From positions 3,906,001-3,970,000 of the forward strand of contig NC_090404.1 in assembly GCF_036365525.1 (NCBI RefSeq): DNA of 64,000 nt, in the 5' to 3' direction. The position numbers were made by a program, and so were the translations under genes. The DNA comes from Heterodontus francisci. Taxonomy: Eukaryota. The notes below the pieces were generated by a model. The model had not been told where the DNA came from and ran no database searches. It saw only the letters and a program-made list of their open reading frames with translations. The stretch's first letter is position 1; each line of letters starts with the position of its first letter. Shown piece by piece: positions 1 through 13,400 of the stretch.

Positions 1-378
1 GGGACATTTAATAGCGGTGTTATAAATGATGCAAGGTTTTGAGAGTGTTGCGAATGCGGTGCTATTTCCATTGGTAGCAATGTTTGTTAACCAGAGGACA
101 CAGATTTCAGATAAATGGTAAAGGAAGCGGGGAGGGGACGAGACGACATTTTTATGCAGCGAATTGTCATGAACTGGAATAAATTCCCTGAAAGGGTTTA
201 CAACGCAAATTCAACAGTAATTTTTAGAAGGGGATAGGATAGTTACTTGACAAGGGAAGATTTTAGGGGCATTAGAGAAAGACCAGGAGAGTGGAAGTGA
301 TTGGATAGCTCTTTCAAAAAGTCGACAAGATAAGCCGAACGGCCTCCTGCTGTGCTGTCAGATTCCATGATTCTATGA
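1..378 (+). mobile_element. Degraded CR1 LINE 3' end
   Basis: Diverged ORF2 C-terminus and 3'UTR ending ggcctcctgctgtgctg...gattccatgattctatga, similar to other CR1 tails in the window. Confidence 0.7.
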
Positions 379-1029
379 ATTTCAGTTGCATCAATCAACA
401 GTTTTGAAATTATGTCACCTGAACACATTAGGCATTTTAGTAGCATCTTGGCTAAAGTGATTTGACTCTGATTTCCGAATCAGCAGATTGTGGATTTCAC
501 CTCAACTTCAGAATCTGAACATATTAACTCGGTTTCCAATCTGTGCAATGCTGAAAAGGCACTAACTTTCCGGCGACAATCTGAAACAGCAATCCGCTCC
601 TCCCACCCCCGCCCCCACCCCCCCCCCCCCCCATCCCTTGTCTCTTAAGGTGGGCATTAAAACTCCCATGGTTCCACATTGGGTCCTGGTCAACAGTCCT
701 TTCTTCAACCAAGATTAACAAAGTTCCATTAACAGGAATTGACAACTATGCTTTATTGTTGATGTTTTAGTGCACAAAATGGCCACGTTCATCTGTAATT
801 GGTTGCACTTTAAATAAGTTGGGAACTCCTGCAGAAGGTGATGAGCTGGTACATCAGTGCAAGTTACATCACTGTACTCAGTCTCACTTTTATCTGTCCG
901 GCTAGTATATGATGAGGAAAGATGGCAAAAGGGCGGGTTCAATCCCCGTACCAGCCGTGGTAGTTTATGGAGGCTTGCCCCACGCTTGAGGATTGGTGAC
1001 CCTCAAGCTACCAGGCAGGCATTGAACTG

Positions 1030-1395
1030 GTCTATCGTACGGTGCCTCACTTAGCTGCAAAGGTACGTTGATCAAAAATTTTAAGAATGAGTACATATAT
1101 GCACCGAGCTTCTGCACAGTGGGGGCCTCCCTCAATTGCACAGGTACATTTCTTATAGTGTTAACCACTGAGCATAGAGTGACAATGAGCTGATCTACCG
1201 TGGGGAGCCTCACTCAACTGCATAGTTACATTGTTAAGATTTGTCGAATTCTAACTATTGAATACAGACAGTATCTTGGTTGATGCACAGAAGGGACCTG
1301 CCTCACCTATGCAGGTACGTTGCTTGGATTTTAAACGTAGAAGGCTTCCAAATACAGGACTGATTCCCCCATGGGGGCTTCACTCACTTTGCTGT
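1030..1395. repeat. Degenerate ~80-bp tandem repeat
   Basis: Recurrent core ggg(g/a)gcctcactcaa.tgca.aggtac.tt near 1043, 1122, 1203, 1298 and 1374. Confidence 0.45.
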
Positions 1396-2136
1396 GATCT
1401 TCCTTTCATTGTACTACGCCATTCTTTGAACCCGCTGTTTATTGTTCTGCTCCCTGTTGGGAATTTTTTAAACCTCTATTTATCCCCATCTTCCTGTTTT
1501 TTCCTTTTGCTGCTTTCTCGCCATCTCCCTAATTGCCTTCAGAATTCCCGGATACCCGCATTGTCATAAACAGATGGGGAAAACCATTTGAAAGAGATGT
1601 TGAAAAAACAGACAGGTAACAGAAAAAAACAACGAACATGTTAAAATAAAACAATTATTCTTATGAAATAGGATAATGCAAGTGGTTGAATGAAATGAAG
1701 ATCTGATCAAAGTCCCTGTGGAGGTGAGTACAAGTTCTGTTCGTGGATCAGCTCCCCATATAGCAGCCCTTTGACTCAGTCCCGGCGGCAGAGGCCTCAA
1801 AGAGGCCCAAGAAGGAATCATCGGGGAGACTGGCACATGGCAGAAGCCATCGCACACCCAATCGCCACCACCATCACCATCACTCTAGATACAGGCAACT
1901 CGCCTTGGACTCTTCCACAGCAGGAGGTGGGGCGGCGGGGTCTATGACGCAGGAAGCTGTTACCTGGTAGGTGAGTGGCTCTAGACTGGGCAGAACGGGG
2001 TTTGAGTGACAAGACTTTACTATATTAGGGAATAGCAGAATCACTGATCTGCAGTCAGGTCGATAAATGTCTTTGCATTTTTAAACTTCCTGATTCAATG
2101 CACAGGTATTGAAAATGTGCATCCGAATGTGCCAAT

Positions 2137-2406
2137 TAGGAGCAGGAGTAGGCCACTCAGCCCTTCGAGCCTGCTCCGCCATTCAATAAGTTCATGGCTG
2201 AACTAATTGCTCCACATTTCCACCTACCCCTGATAACCTTTTACCCCCTTGCTTATCAAGAATCTATCTACCTCTGCCTTAAAAATATTCAAAGACTCTG
2301 CTTCCTTCGCCTTTTGTGGAAGAGAATTCCAAAGACTCTGAGAGAAAATATTTCTCCTCATCTCTGTCTTAAATGAGTGACTCCTTATTTTTAAATAGTG
2401 ACCCCT
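2137..2406 (-). mobile_element. CR1 LINE 3' tail fragment
   Basis: taggagcaggagtaggccactcagcccttcgagcctgctccgccattcaat matches CR1 3'UTRs at 7420 and 22515. Confidence 0.8.
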
Positions 2407-2434
2407 GCAGTATAGGATAACGGATCATAAAGAG

Positions 2435-2810
2435 ACGCTTGGTCTGGTGAAGTAATAACTGAGATAGGGTTTACTGTGTTACAAAGAGAAAGGGCCTAGC
2501 GCATCATAAACAGAGGACATTGTCGAGTGTAATTTAAACAGAGACAAGGTCTGGTTAATATAAACAGAGACAGAGTCGAGTTAATTTTTGTGATGTTGAT
2601 GTTGATAATGTAATATAAACAGAGACAGTGTCTGGTGCAATACAAGTGCAGACGGGGTCTAGTATATTATAAACAGAAACATGGTCTACTGTAATAATTC
2701 GTAAACCAGGGCCGAGTTTAATATAAACAGGGACATATCCTGGTGCAGTTTAACCGAGACAGAGACTACTGTAATATGAACAGAGACATGCCCTAGTTCA
2801 GGAATAATTA
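2435..2810. repeat. Degenerate ~26-28-bp tandem repeat; inverted paralogue at 26010-26265
   Basis: Repeated tataaacagagaca..gtct.gtg.aa units; the end atctcagttattacttcac is shared with 26244-26262. Confidence 0.7.
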
Positions 2811-2989
2811 ACGCACGATATAGTGTAAAATAAGCAGATATTTTCTCTCGCATTAATGACTGAGGCTGACCCAACGGTGAAATGTAACTGGGCTAAAGCT
2901 TCTTCTTATGATGAGAATAGATTTCACCTTTCTAACCAGATCACCTGAAACCTGATTGTGACAGCATTGACAGGGAAGTGTGAATGGGA

Positions 2990-3230
2990 ATTATGGAGGC
3001 ATTGGCCACAATTTTCTTGTCTTCCTTAGATTCAGGCTTGGTTCCACAGGACTAGAGAATTGCAAATGTTTCACTCTTGTTCACAGAAGGGTGTAAAGTT
3101 AAGTCCAGCAACTACAGTTTAACGTCAGTGGTGGAGAAACTTCTGGGAATGATAATTGAGGACAGAATGAATAGTCACTTGAGCCAATGTGGATTAATTA
3201 GGGAAAGCCAGCACGGATGTTGAGGAGCAA
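2990..3230 (+). mobile_element. CR1 ORF2 internal fragment
   Basis: Degenerate match to VPEDWRIANV..LFKKG..NY..VSLTSVVGK segment. Confidence 0.7.
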
Positions 3231-4529
3231 TTCGTGAGAGAGGCTGGAGTAACCGTTCTGTTGAGGACAGGTGAACCCACCAATTTAATCCGAGTGGTTC
3301 TAGGAGTGAAATAAGACAAGAAACCTCGGAATTTATGATTGACGAGTCCCAGATCTGTTAATGAGTGAAGTTATCTCCAGGAACCTTCGCTCAGCAGTTA
3401 ACGGCCGACTCTGTGTGTGATCTATCTAATACCGGCAGAGATCGGCTTTTGTGCTGCCATCTGGTGGAATCAATCAGAATTTCTCCCCAGCAATCTTTCC
3501 TTCAATCAGAGAACTTTTGTTTCGAAGGTTCATTTTGCAAGACATTGAGAAGGAGACAACACCAAAACGGTTGTGATAGCTAAATAATTAGTAAAGGACA
3601 AAGCACAGTTAGTAGTCAGATTGTTAAGTCTTTTACCTGCTAAGGCAATAGGTACAGCAGAAGTGACATTGCCCGTTCCCATTGGGAGCAGAGTTGATCT
3701 CTTGATCTGTACTGACTCAAAATCGTATCTTTCACGTTTTATGCATTTTATGTGTTGCATATTTTACAGACTTATTCACATCTTGCTAGCGTCATAGCAT
3801 TTCAATTTATTCACTTTATTACCAAATAATAAAAAATACTTCAATTAAATTATGCCAATTTATTTAGTTTACTCAATGTACAATGTCCTTCATACGGTTT
3901 GTACCTCACTGTCGCAACATTTCCGACAGTTTTTCTATGAGGATTTCGGATTCAGACTATCTGGGCCAGTGCCTAGAGCACACTACACTTGTCCTTGCAG
4001 ATTATTAATCCAATAACCATTGTTCATCAGCTTCTAATCCTGTCCTGAAAGCGACCACTTAGAACCTGATTATATTGCAGCTTCTTAGTTTGAATATGTG
4101 CAAGCGTCTTTAAGATTGAAAAATGTTTTAGCAATTTACTTTAATTATTAGGATCTTTCCCACCTGGCGTGTCTATCTACACTGTAGACTGATGTTTAAA
4201 ACAAACATTATTTATTCATTTGCAGCGTGTTTTAGCAGAAGCAGCGGTGCACGGATATAACCAGTTCCAGGCCACCTGTTGGAGTTTGTATTCTCAATGG
4301 GATTGTCGAGTTCCCAGAGATACACAAATAAACAGCAGCCAATTCTGCCCTCACACAGTTAATGTGATAATCAGACGGAATCAGTGTTCGATGTGAATGA
4401 TTGTAGATGATGTTGATGTGGATTGTGCTCGGGCTCTGCCCGCACAGGAATGTATTCACATGTCAGTGTGTGAGCCGCTGTTATAAACAGTCCTCAGCAG
4501 ACAGCAGCTGTGATCCAGAAACCTGCGGC

Positions 4530-4568
4530 ACTTATTGTACGAGGCTGTAACTCGTTCCCATCACTGTG
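4530..4568 (-). other. 23-RSS of V4569
   Basis: CACAGTG-23 bp-ACAATAAGT. Confidence 0.9.
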
Positions 4569-5625
4569 AGACTCAGTGCACAGTAATAGACCGCGGTGTC
4601 AGACAGCCGCAGCTCCGAGATGGTCAATCGGTACAACTTGTATGACTGCTGGAATCTACCAAAAAAACGGATTTGAGCGAAATCCGCCTTAAATTCAGTA
4701 CCGCCGCTCATGTGCCTCCGGACTGCAAACTCGGGCTGTCTGCCTGGGTACTGACGGTACCAGAACAAGTAATAACCACTGCCGGTATAGGAGCAGGTTA
4801 AAGTGACATCTTCTCCCTCTGTCCGTGTGAGCGAGGATTCCCGCTGAGTAACTGAATCTCCATCGCTCAGATCTGGAACACAAGGTTAGAAAAAGAGGAA
4901 ATCATCGAATAAACTTCAACTGAACCGAACTGACGGTGAAAATCCGCTGTCAGTATTTCATAAATTTGAATCAAATTTCGAGCACAGAAAAGAGCATTCA
5001 TCCCAACTGGTACATGCCAGGATTCAAACTCCACATAAGCATCCTCCACCCTCATCATCTCATTCTATCAACATATCCTTCCATCCCATTCTGCATCATC
5101 TATTTATCCAGCTTCCCTAATGTATCTATATTATTCACCGCAACCCCTCCTGTGGTAACGAGTTTCACATTCTCATCACCCTCTGGGTAAAGAAGCTTCT
5201 CCAGAATTCCCTATAGGATCTTTTTGTGACTTTTACATTTATGACCCATAGACTTGGAATCCTTAACAAGTAGAACCCTATCGAACTCCTGCATAATTTT
5301 AAATATATCTATCAGATTTCTCTTTACTAAAGTAAAGAGCCTCGGGCTGTACAATAGTTTCGGACAGATTATCTCGCAATTCTGGTATCATTCGTGTAAA
5401 TCTTTTCTGCATGTTCTCGTGTACCTCTATTTCCTTGTGCAATATAAAGACCAGAACTGCTCAAAATAACCTAAGTGTGGTCTAACCAAGGTTCGATACA
5501 AATTTAACATGAAGTTTCTTTTTTTTTCAAATTTATTCCTTTGGAAATTAATCCCTTTCAAAAAATTTAAATTTCTTACCGAATGTGAATGTCACCCAAA
5601 TCACAATGAGAATGGGGAGCCGCAT
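4569..5625 (-). CDS. TCR alpha/delta-type V gene segment, apparently functional (leader exon 5580-5625, V exon 4569-4872)
   Basis: Leader MRLPILIVIWVTFTF with G|gtaag donor; ccag| acceptor; open frame DSVTQRESSLTRTEGEDVTLTCSY...LFWYRQYPG...DTAVYYCALS; canonical C-W-C; phase-1 splice is consistent. Confidence 0.92.
5050..5510 (-). mobile_element. Old degraded CR1 fragment in the V leader intron
   Basis: Remnants of the LVRPHLEY..QFWS segment and 3' region. Confidence 0.55.
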
Positions 5626-6718
5626 TGCTGCTGCTCCGGAATTCGAGGGACGTTTTGGTGCCTCGGGAACCTGCAGAACATCGAACAGAAAAGAGCTGAT
5701 ACTGGCCTGGTGTCACTTCCTGCAGGATATCAAATAGAAATAGCTGAGAGGATTGGCTCCGACTGATCTGATGTCACTTTCTTAACCGCAAGTGTGTGCT
5801 TCTTTTGCAGAGAACCGGGAAATTAACATCAGAGAGAAAGACCAATAAAAATATTCATCTGGATCTCAAATTGACCTGAGAGACAGTTTGACCTGTATTC
5901 GCACTGTGCAACAGTTTGCTTTTTACTTGACCTGAGAAAGGTCATCTCAAAGAAACAATGACAGGTGTTGAATGTAGATGACGATGTTCAATTTATTTCA
6001 CTCACTCTTACTAATCACAATTTCACAATGAACTGATTGATGGGGGTGGGGAGAGGGGTGGTTGATGATGTGGGGCGCGGTGCGGTGGTTCGGCTTTCAT
6101 TAGCCTCCTGCTGGGGAAACACAAGGGGAAGATTTCATCTGGTCTCTCTTTATTTGTGACATCCAAAACTGAATGGGAAATGTCATCTGCTGACTAGTTT
6201 AGTGGAATAGCTTATCATTATTTTAGAATGTGTTCACTATTCCGCTAGCTATAGAGACCAGAGTAAATCTACCTGACCGAGTGGATTGTTCAGTGTAAAC
6301 TCCAACGTTGCAGGAGAATGAAATTAATGCTGTCGGTGATCCGTCACCCACCCACAGAAATCAAACACTCAGAAAAGGGACGCTTTAGAGCCCTTTGAAT
6401 ATAATCCCAACCCTCTGCAAAGCTGGATACTTCGGTGCTGGTTCAAGTATCCTGAAACAGGAAAATCAATGCATCGACAGTGAAGAGGAGAAACTTGAAC
6501 TGGAACTCACACTATACACGATCAGTTGGCCTCTTAAATCTATGCGGGTTTGACTTGCTCATCCCTCGTTATAGAATGAATGAAATCTAAAATTTGTACT
6601 CAGTGCCATTGGGACCTGTCCTGCGGGAATATTCTATCCGAGCAGTATTTGTACTATTCAGACATTCACAGGGCGGGTAGTCCCGCCACACATTGTTCTA
6701 TTAACACACAGTTTGCTG

Positions 6719-7045
6719 CAGTTTTGTTTTTATTGGACACAGAACTGTGCAGGTGTGGGTATGAGAACACAGTAATACACGGCGCTGTCTGACAGCTCCG
6801 CCCCACAAGCTCTCACCTTAACCATGCTCTCCTCTGTGCTCAGCTCTGTTGCAAAACTGTGCTTGGCGAAGTCGGCTGAGAACGTGCCTTATTTGGTGAT
6901 AAGCAACACGTTTCCCCAAGCACGATCGGGAACATGCCGGCTCCAGAATAGACGAACAACAGTATTTGTTGCTGTAAAACTACAATGCAGCGTCATTGTT
7001 TCTCCTTCCTGCACAATCTCTTTTTCGCTCCCACTCTATTTTTGA
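6719..7045 (-). pseudogene. TCR V pseudogene with degenerate 23-RSS
   Basis: VQEGETMTLHCSF...LFWSRH...ITK*GTF...DSAVYYCVLI with in-frame TAA at 6889-6891; RSS CACACCT-23-ACAAAACTG at 6719-6757. Confidence 0.88.
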
Positions 7046-7401
7046 TCAGTGAATCCAGTTAGCAGCTAATCCAGGGGCATCAAAAATTCATCATTTCCGC
7101 TGCATCAGCTGAGCGGCGCCGCGCACTTTCTGCCATTACAGAGTTTTCAATTCACTCCATTTGTTTCTGCGGTTTCCCCACCCATAGCTTCCGTCTGCTG
7201 TTCCCATTCTGACCCGCCTTGCCTGCCCTGTGTTACAGGAGAGTTCACTGCAGCTGTTCCCTGTTTGGTATTGGTTGGAGAAGTAGTGCAGTGGGGCGGG
7301 GATCTGTATTTCTGCTCGGACAGAGCTCCTGCACTGCGGAGTTACAGACTCAGGGGGCATCATACTGAACTGTCTCGCACCGCTCCTCATCATCATATCA
7401 C

Positions 7402-9142
7402 ATAAGAGCATAAGAAATAAGAGCAGGAGTAGGCCATTCAGCCCCTCAAGCCTGCCCCGCCATTCAATCAGATCATGACTGATCTGTCACAGGCCTCAAC
7501 TCCTCTTTCGGGCCTGCTCCGCCTAACCCTCGACTCCCAGAGATTTCAAAAATCTATCTACCTCCTTAAATACATTTAGTGACCCAGAATCCAAAACTCT
7601 CTGAGGCAGAGAATTCCAGAGGTTCATCACCCTCTGAGAGAAGAAATTCCTTCGCATCTCAGTTTTAAATGTGTGCCCCCTTATTCTGTAACTATGTCTC
7701 CAAGTTCGAGATTCCCCCACTAGTGGAAACATCTTCTCAACATCTACCCTGTCGAGCCCCCTTAAAATCTTATATGTTTCCATATGATCACCTCTCATTC
7801 TTCTAAACTCCAATGAATAAAGGCCTAACCTATTTAGCCATTCTTGATAAGACAACCCCTTCATCCCAGAAATTAGCCTAGTGAACCTTTTCTGAACTGC
7901 CTCCAATGCTAGTATATCCTTCTTTAAATACGGGGACCAAAACTGTACACAGTAATCCAGGTGTGGCCTCGCCAACACCCTGTACAGTTGTAACAAGACT
8001 TCCCTATTTCTAAACTCTAACCCCCGAGCAATAAAGGCCAAAATTCCATTTGCCTACCTAATTACTTGCTGCACCTGCATGCTAACCTTTTGTGTTTCAT
8101 GCACTAGAACACCCAGATCCCTCTGGACTGCTGTATTTTGTAGTCTTTCTCCATCTAAATAATAATCTGCCTTTTTATTCTTCCTACCTCACACTTTCAC
8201 ACTTTGAACACCATCTGCCAAGTTTTTGCCCATTCACAGAACCTATCTATATCCCTTTGCAGAGTCTTTGTGTCCTCATCACAACATGCCCTCCCACCTA
8301 TCTTTGTATCGTCAGCAAATTTGGATACACTACACTCTGTCCCTTCCTCTAAGTTATTACTATAGATAGTAAATAGTTGAGGCCTTAGGACCGATCGTTA
8401 TGGCACCCCACTGGTTACGGCTTTCGAACCTGAAAAAGACCCATTGATCCTGACTCTCTGCCTTCTCTGTGTTAGCCAATCCAAGCCAACACATTACCCC
8501 CAATATCCTGAGCTCTTATTTTGCAATAACCTTTGATGTGGCATCTTACCAAACGCCTTCTGAAAATCCAAATACACTACATCCACGGTTCCCCTTTATC
8601 CACTCTGCTTGTTATATCCTCAAAGAATTCTAACAAATTTGTCAAACATGATTTCCCTTTCATAAAACCATGTTGACTCTGTTTGATTGCATTATGTTTT
8701 TCTAAATGTCCTGCTAATTCTTCCTTAAAAATGGACTCTAGCATTTTCCCAATGACTGATGTTAAGCTAACTGGTCTGTAGTTCCCTGCTTTCTGTTTCC
8801 CTCCTTTCTCGAATAGGGGTGTCACATTAACGGTTTTCCAATCCGCTGGTACACTACCGGAAACCAGTGAGTTTTGGTATATTATGACCAATGCCTCCAC
8901 TTTCTCTGCAGCCACTTCTTTTAAAACCCTTGGATGCCGGCCATCAGGTCCTGACGACTTGTCTGCCTTTAGATCCATCAGTTCTTCCAATATCGTGTTC
9001 CCCGTGATAGAGATTGTTGCAAGTTCCTTCCTCCCATTAACATCATGCTCATCTATTATTGTTGGCATGTTTATAGTGTCCTCCACCGTGAAGACCGATG
9101 CAAAATATTGGTTTAAATTATCTGCCATTTCCCTGTTTCTAC
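7402..9142 (-). mobile_element. 5'-truncated CR1 LINE with 6-bp TSD (tatcac 7396-7401 / 9143-9148)
   Basis: RT-domain ORFs 8577-9155 and 7523-8041; cataaga-type tail; empty site visible at paralogue ~24040-24055. Confidence 0.95.
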
Positions 9143-9613
9143 TATCACTTCTCAAGAAATATTCTCAACTGGTACAGTCAGCACCTCGGGCTTCCGCCAC
9201 AGTTTAGAATCTGATTCTCACGGTGTCGCAGTTCAGAGGAGACTTCATTGTTCTGAAGGATTTTTCTGTATGGTATATTAAGTCCTTACTGAATATAACC
9301 CCTCCTTTCAGTTCATGTCCAGCCAACTGAAGTGCCAGGTCTGATTGTGACTCTGGCACAGAATGAGAACGAGTTTTATATTTGTTTCAATAAGGTTTAA
9401 ATTTAAGGTGCCCAGGAAATAAATAGAGATTGCAAGAACAGTCCAATCAGACATCTTATTATGAAATCTAACTTCAATATTATTGCATTAATAATAAACA
9501 TTATTCCTTTGCCATACTGTAAGTTGTACAGCTGCTGATTTTGCTGTTTTTACACGAACACTCTCCACCTTTCACCCCATTCTTCCCGCTACTTCACTGA
9601 TCTTGTCACATTG

Positions 9614-11630
9614 GAACATGGAACATAGAACAGCACAGCACAGTACAGGCCCTTCGGCCCACGATGTTGTGCCGACCCTTTAACCTACTCTAAGATCAAA
9701 CCTACCTACATACCCTTCATTCTGCTATCATCCATGTACCTATCCAAGAGTCGCTTAAATGTCCCTAATGTATCTGCTTCTACTACCACCGCTGACAGTG
9801 CATTCCACGCACCCACCACTCTCTGTGTAAAGAAACTACCTCTGATAACTCCGCTAAACCTTCCTCCAATCACCTTAAAATTATGCCCCTTGGTGATAGC
9901 CCTTTCCGCCCTGGGAAAAAGTCTCTGGCTATCCACTCTATCTATGCCTCTCATCATCTTGTACACCTCTATCAAGTCACCTCTCATCCTTCTTCGCTCC
10001 AATGAGAAAAGCCCGAGCTCCCTCAACCTTTCTTCATAAGACATGCCCTCCAGTCCATGCAACATCCTGGTAAATCTCCTCTGCGCCCTCTCTAAAGCTT
10101 CCACATCCTTCCTGTAATGAGGCGACCAGAACTGAACACAATATTCCAAGTGTGGTCTAACCACGGCTTTCTAGAGCTGCAGCATATCTTCGCGGCTCTT
10201 AAACTCAATCCCCCGTTAATGAAAGCCAATGCACCATATGCTTTCTTAACAACCCTATCAACTTGGGTGGCAACTTTGAGGGATCTATAGACGTGGACAC
10301 CAAGGTCCCTCTGTTCCTCCACACTGCCAAGAATCCTGTCTTTAAGCCTGTTTTCTGCATTCAAATTCGACCTTCCAAAATGAATCACTTCACAGTTTTC
10401 CAGGTTGAACTCCATCTGCCACTTCTCAGCCCAGCCCTGCATCCTGTCAATGTCCCGTTGCAACCTACAACAGCCCTCCACACTATCCACAACTCCAGCA
10501 ACCTTTGTGTCATCGGCAAACTTACTAACCCAGCTTCCTCATCCAAGTCATTTATAAAAATCACAAAGAGCAGACGTCCCAGAACAGATCCCTGTGGAAC
10601 ACCACTGGTCACCAAGCTCCAGGCTGAATACTTTCCATCTACTACCACCCTCTGTCTTCTATGGGCCAGCCAATTCTGTATCCAGACAGCCAACTTTCCC
10701 TGTATCCCATGCCTCCTTACTTTCTGAATGAGCCTACCATGGGGAACCTTATCAAACGCCTTGCTAAAATCCATATACAGCACATCCACTGCTCTTCCTT
10801 CATCAATGTGTTTTGTCACATCCTCAAAGAATTCAATAAGGCTTTTCAGGCATGACGTGCCCCTCACAAAGCCATGCTGACTATCTCTAATCAAACTATG
10901 CTTTTCCAAATAATCATAAATCCTGTCTCTCAGAATCCTCTCCAATAATTTGCCCACCACCGCCGTAAGACTGACTGGTCCATAATTCCTAGGGTTATCC
11001 CTATTCCCTTTCTTGAACAAGGGAACATTTGCCACCCTCCAATCATCCGGTACTACTCCAGTGGACAGTGAGGAAGCAAAGATCATCGCCAAAGGCGCGG
11101 TGATCTCTTCCCTCGCTTCCCGTAACAACCTTGGGTATATCCCGTCTGGCCACGGGGACTTATCTATCCTCATGTCTTTCATAATTTCCAGCATATCCTC
11201 CCTCTTAACATCAACCTGTTCGAGCATATCAGTCTGTTTCACGCTGTCCTCACAAACGACAAGGTCCCTCTCATTAGTGAATAGTGAAGCAAAGTATTCA
11301 TTTAGGACCTCCCCTACCTCCTCCGACTCCAGGCACAAGTTCGCTCCACTATCCCTGATCGGCCCTACCCTCACTCTGGCCATCTTCTTGTTCCTCACAT
11401 AAGTGGAGAACGCCTTGGGATTTTCCTTAATCCTACCCGCCAAGACTTTTTCATGTTCCCTTCTAGCTCTCCTAAGTCCATTCTTCAGTTCCTTCCTGGC
11501 TACCTTGTAACCCTCTAGAGCCCTGTCTGATCTTTGCTTCCTCAACCTTAAGTAAGCTGCCTTCCTCCTCTTGACTAGCTGTTCCACATCTCTTGTCATC
11601 CAAGGTTCCTTCACCCTACCCTTCACCCCT
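9614..11630 (-). mobile_element. 5'-truncated CR1 LINE with 6-bp TSD (acattg 9608-9613 / 11631-11636)
   Basis: ORF2 RT segments (YMDFSKAFDKVPH, SGVPQGSVLG); gaacat(a/g) tail; empty site caatgtgacaag at 23571. Confidence 0.95.
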
Positions 11631-11642
11631 ACATTGAGGCAG

Positions 11643-11712
11643 TGTTTTTGTACGTGGCTATCTCTGGTTCCTGTCACTATTCCTTTCAGCCCACAGTAAT
11701 ACATCACGCTGT
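11643..11712 (-). pseudogene. V relic (SVMYYCGLK only) with 23-RSS carrying a mutated heptamer
   Basis: AATAGTG-23-ACAAAAACA at 11643-11681; paralogue of the 3' end of V23272. Confidence 0.85.
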
Positions 11713-11762
11713 ATTATAGGTCCCAGATATGATCCAGTGAGAGTAGGTAAGAGTCCTTTTAT

Positions 11763-12238
11763 GGTTTTTGTATGGACTGATTGCGCCTCTGGAACAATGT
11801 GGGACTCAGTGCACAGCGATACACGGCAGAATCAGAAACAAGAGACCCGACATCTTTTAAAGTAACAGTTTTCTTGCCTTTTTCAAAACTGTAGAGAATC
11901 GATCTGCGAAATCTGGAGACATATCTTCCTGCCCCATGTTGTATTTCCTCAGTAAATATCTCGGAGAATCCCCGGGATACTGGATGTACCAGAAGAGGTA
12001 GGGAATGTTACTGGATGTGGAGTAACTGCAGTTCAGTATTATAGTCTGTCCTTCTTGAACCGTTAATTCAGGTGCAGTCTGGGACACTGAGCCTTTGTCA
12101 TTCATTCCTGCAACATAAACACGGAACATGTCAAAAGTTGGGGAGTAAAATAACCCATGGAACACACACTGATCACTTTATCACAGACTCACCGGGCAGC
12201 AAGACTATTATTAGCAGTAAGGAATATGGGGAGCACCC
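11763..12238 (-). pseudogene. TCR V pseudogene (V exon 11802-12107) with 23-RSS
   Basis: SVSQTAPELTVQEGQTIILNCSYS...LFWYIQYPG; 1-bp FR3 frameshift; leader start codon lost relative to paralogue 21470; RSS CACATTG-23-ACAAAAACC at 11763-11801. Confidence 0.9.
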
Positions 12239-13194
12239 GGTGTCTAGTTTAGAGTTCCGCCGAAAATAACAGAATGTTTTAAATGTGTTGACCCTTCAAG
12301 TCTGAAATTGGAGCGTAAACTCAGATTTCACTTACTGTGAGAATGCGGGGTTTCCCCATTGACAGGATTGGCTGGTCTCTCAGAACTGACAACAGACGTG
12401 CGCCAATCAGTGTGAGCTGTGGACCAACTGCTCATCTCTCCCAACAAACCCTGTCCTTGCCAAGCTGTGTGAGTGAGTCTCTCTCTCACTCTTTCTGTCT
12501 CTTCCTCTTTCTCTCTCTCTCTGTACGGCTCGATGTCTCAGCATCACTCGATGTTTAACTCGGTTTCTGTTTCTCTTTGCTTCTCTATGTGCGTGTCCCT
12601 CTGACTCACTTTGTTTAACTCGGCGTCTTTCTCCATGTCTCTCTCCGTGTCTCGCTTTACGTGTCTCTCTTCTCAACGCAGCCTCACTCTGTCTGTTCAG
12701 CTCGCTGCCTCTCTCACACCCCCACCCCCCACCCCTCGCTCTCTTTCTCTCCGCTCTCTCCCTCAGTCACACGCGAAGCGGAAAATAATAGAAATCAGCC
12801 TCGATCCTTGTCATTCCTGCTGCAGCCATTACTCGTCACTATCCTGAGGGACATGATTAAGTGAACATCACTCTGCGATGCAATTTTAAAATGTGACCTG
12901 ACAGATCTACAAACAACCAGCCCATTTACTTGCAGAAATTGATTCTATTAATCATCCAAGAAATGTGAAGGTCTGTGCTAACACTGGGGGTGGAACTGTC
13001 TGAAGTTGATCATAAACGACAGTGATTGAGGAATTTCACTGATCACGGTACTGACAGCAATGATTTCAGCTGGAGAAATCAGTTTGATCAGGCTGTACTT
13101 TCCCGTTTACTTTCTGTAAAATCTCTCTGGGAGTTAAATCCTGATATTTTCCTGAGCTTCTGGAAACTCCACCTCTTCAGCTACCGAGCTGTAG

Positions 13195-13400
13195 CCTTTT
13201 CTAATTAGGCCCAAGGGACCCTCATTCACCGTGGGTCTCAGGACACAGTAATACACGGCGTTGTCCGTAATCTTGTAGTTTTCATGGATAAGTGAAATGT
13301 GCCTTGTGTTAGGTTGACTTTCCCATTGATGTGTTCAAAGCAAGGAACCATATCGGTTGCCCATAATTTTCGGTTCTGAGCAGAACTAAGGGGCTTGGTG
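13195..13400 (-). pseudogene. 3' half of a degraded TCR V segment
   Basis: ...TDNAVYYCVLRP then heptamer CACGGTG (13227-13233); frameshifts; poor nonamer. Confidence 0.75.

Noticed and set aside
600-635. Poly-C tract / Gly-rich ORF
   Set aside because: Simple low-complexity sequence
1670-1730. Splice donor-like gag|gtgagt conserved in both duplication arms
   Set aside because: Upstream ATG frames hit stops in both copies; no evidence of an exon
10385-11707. 440-aa ORF starting MMYYCGLK fused to reverse transcriptase (apparent V-RT chimera)
   Set aside because: Chance in-frame junction of a V relic and RSS with a 5'-truncated CR1; no promoter or leader, and the RT frameshifts
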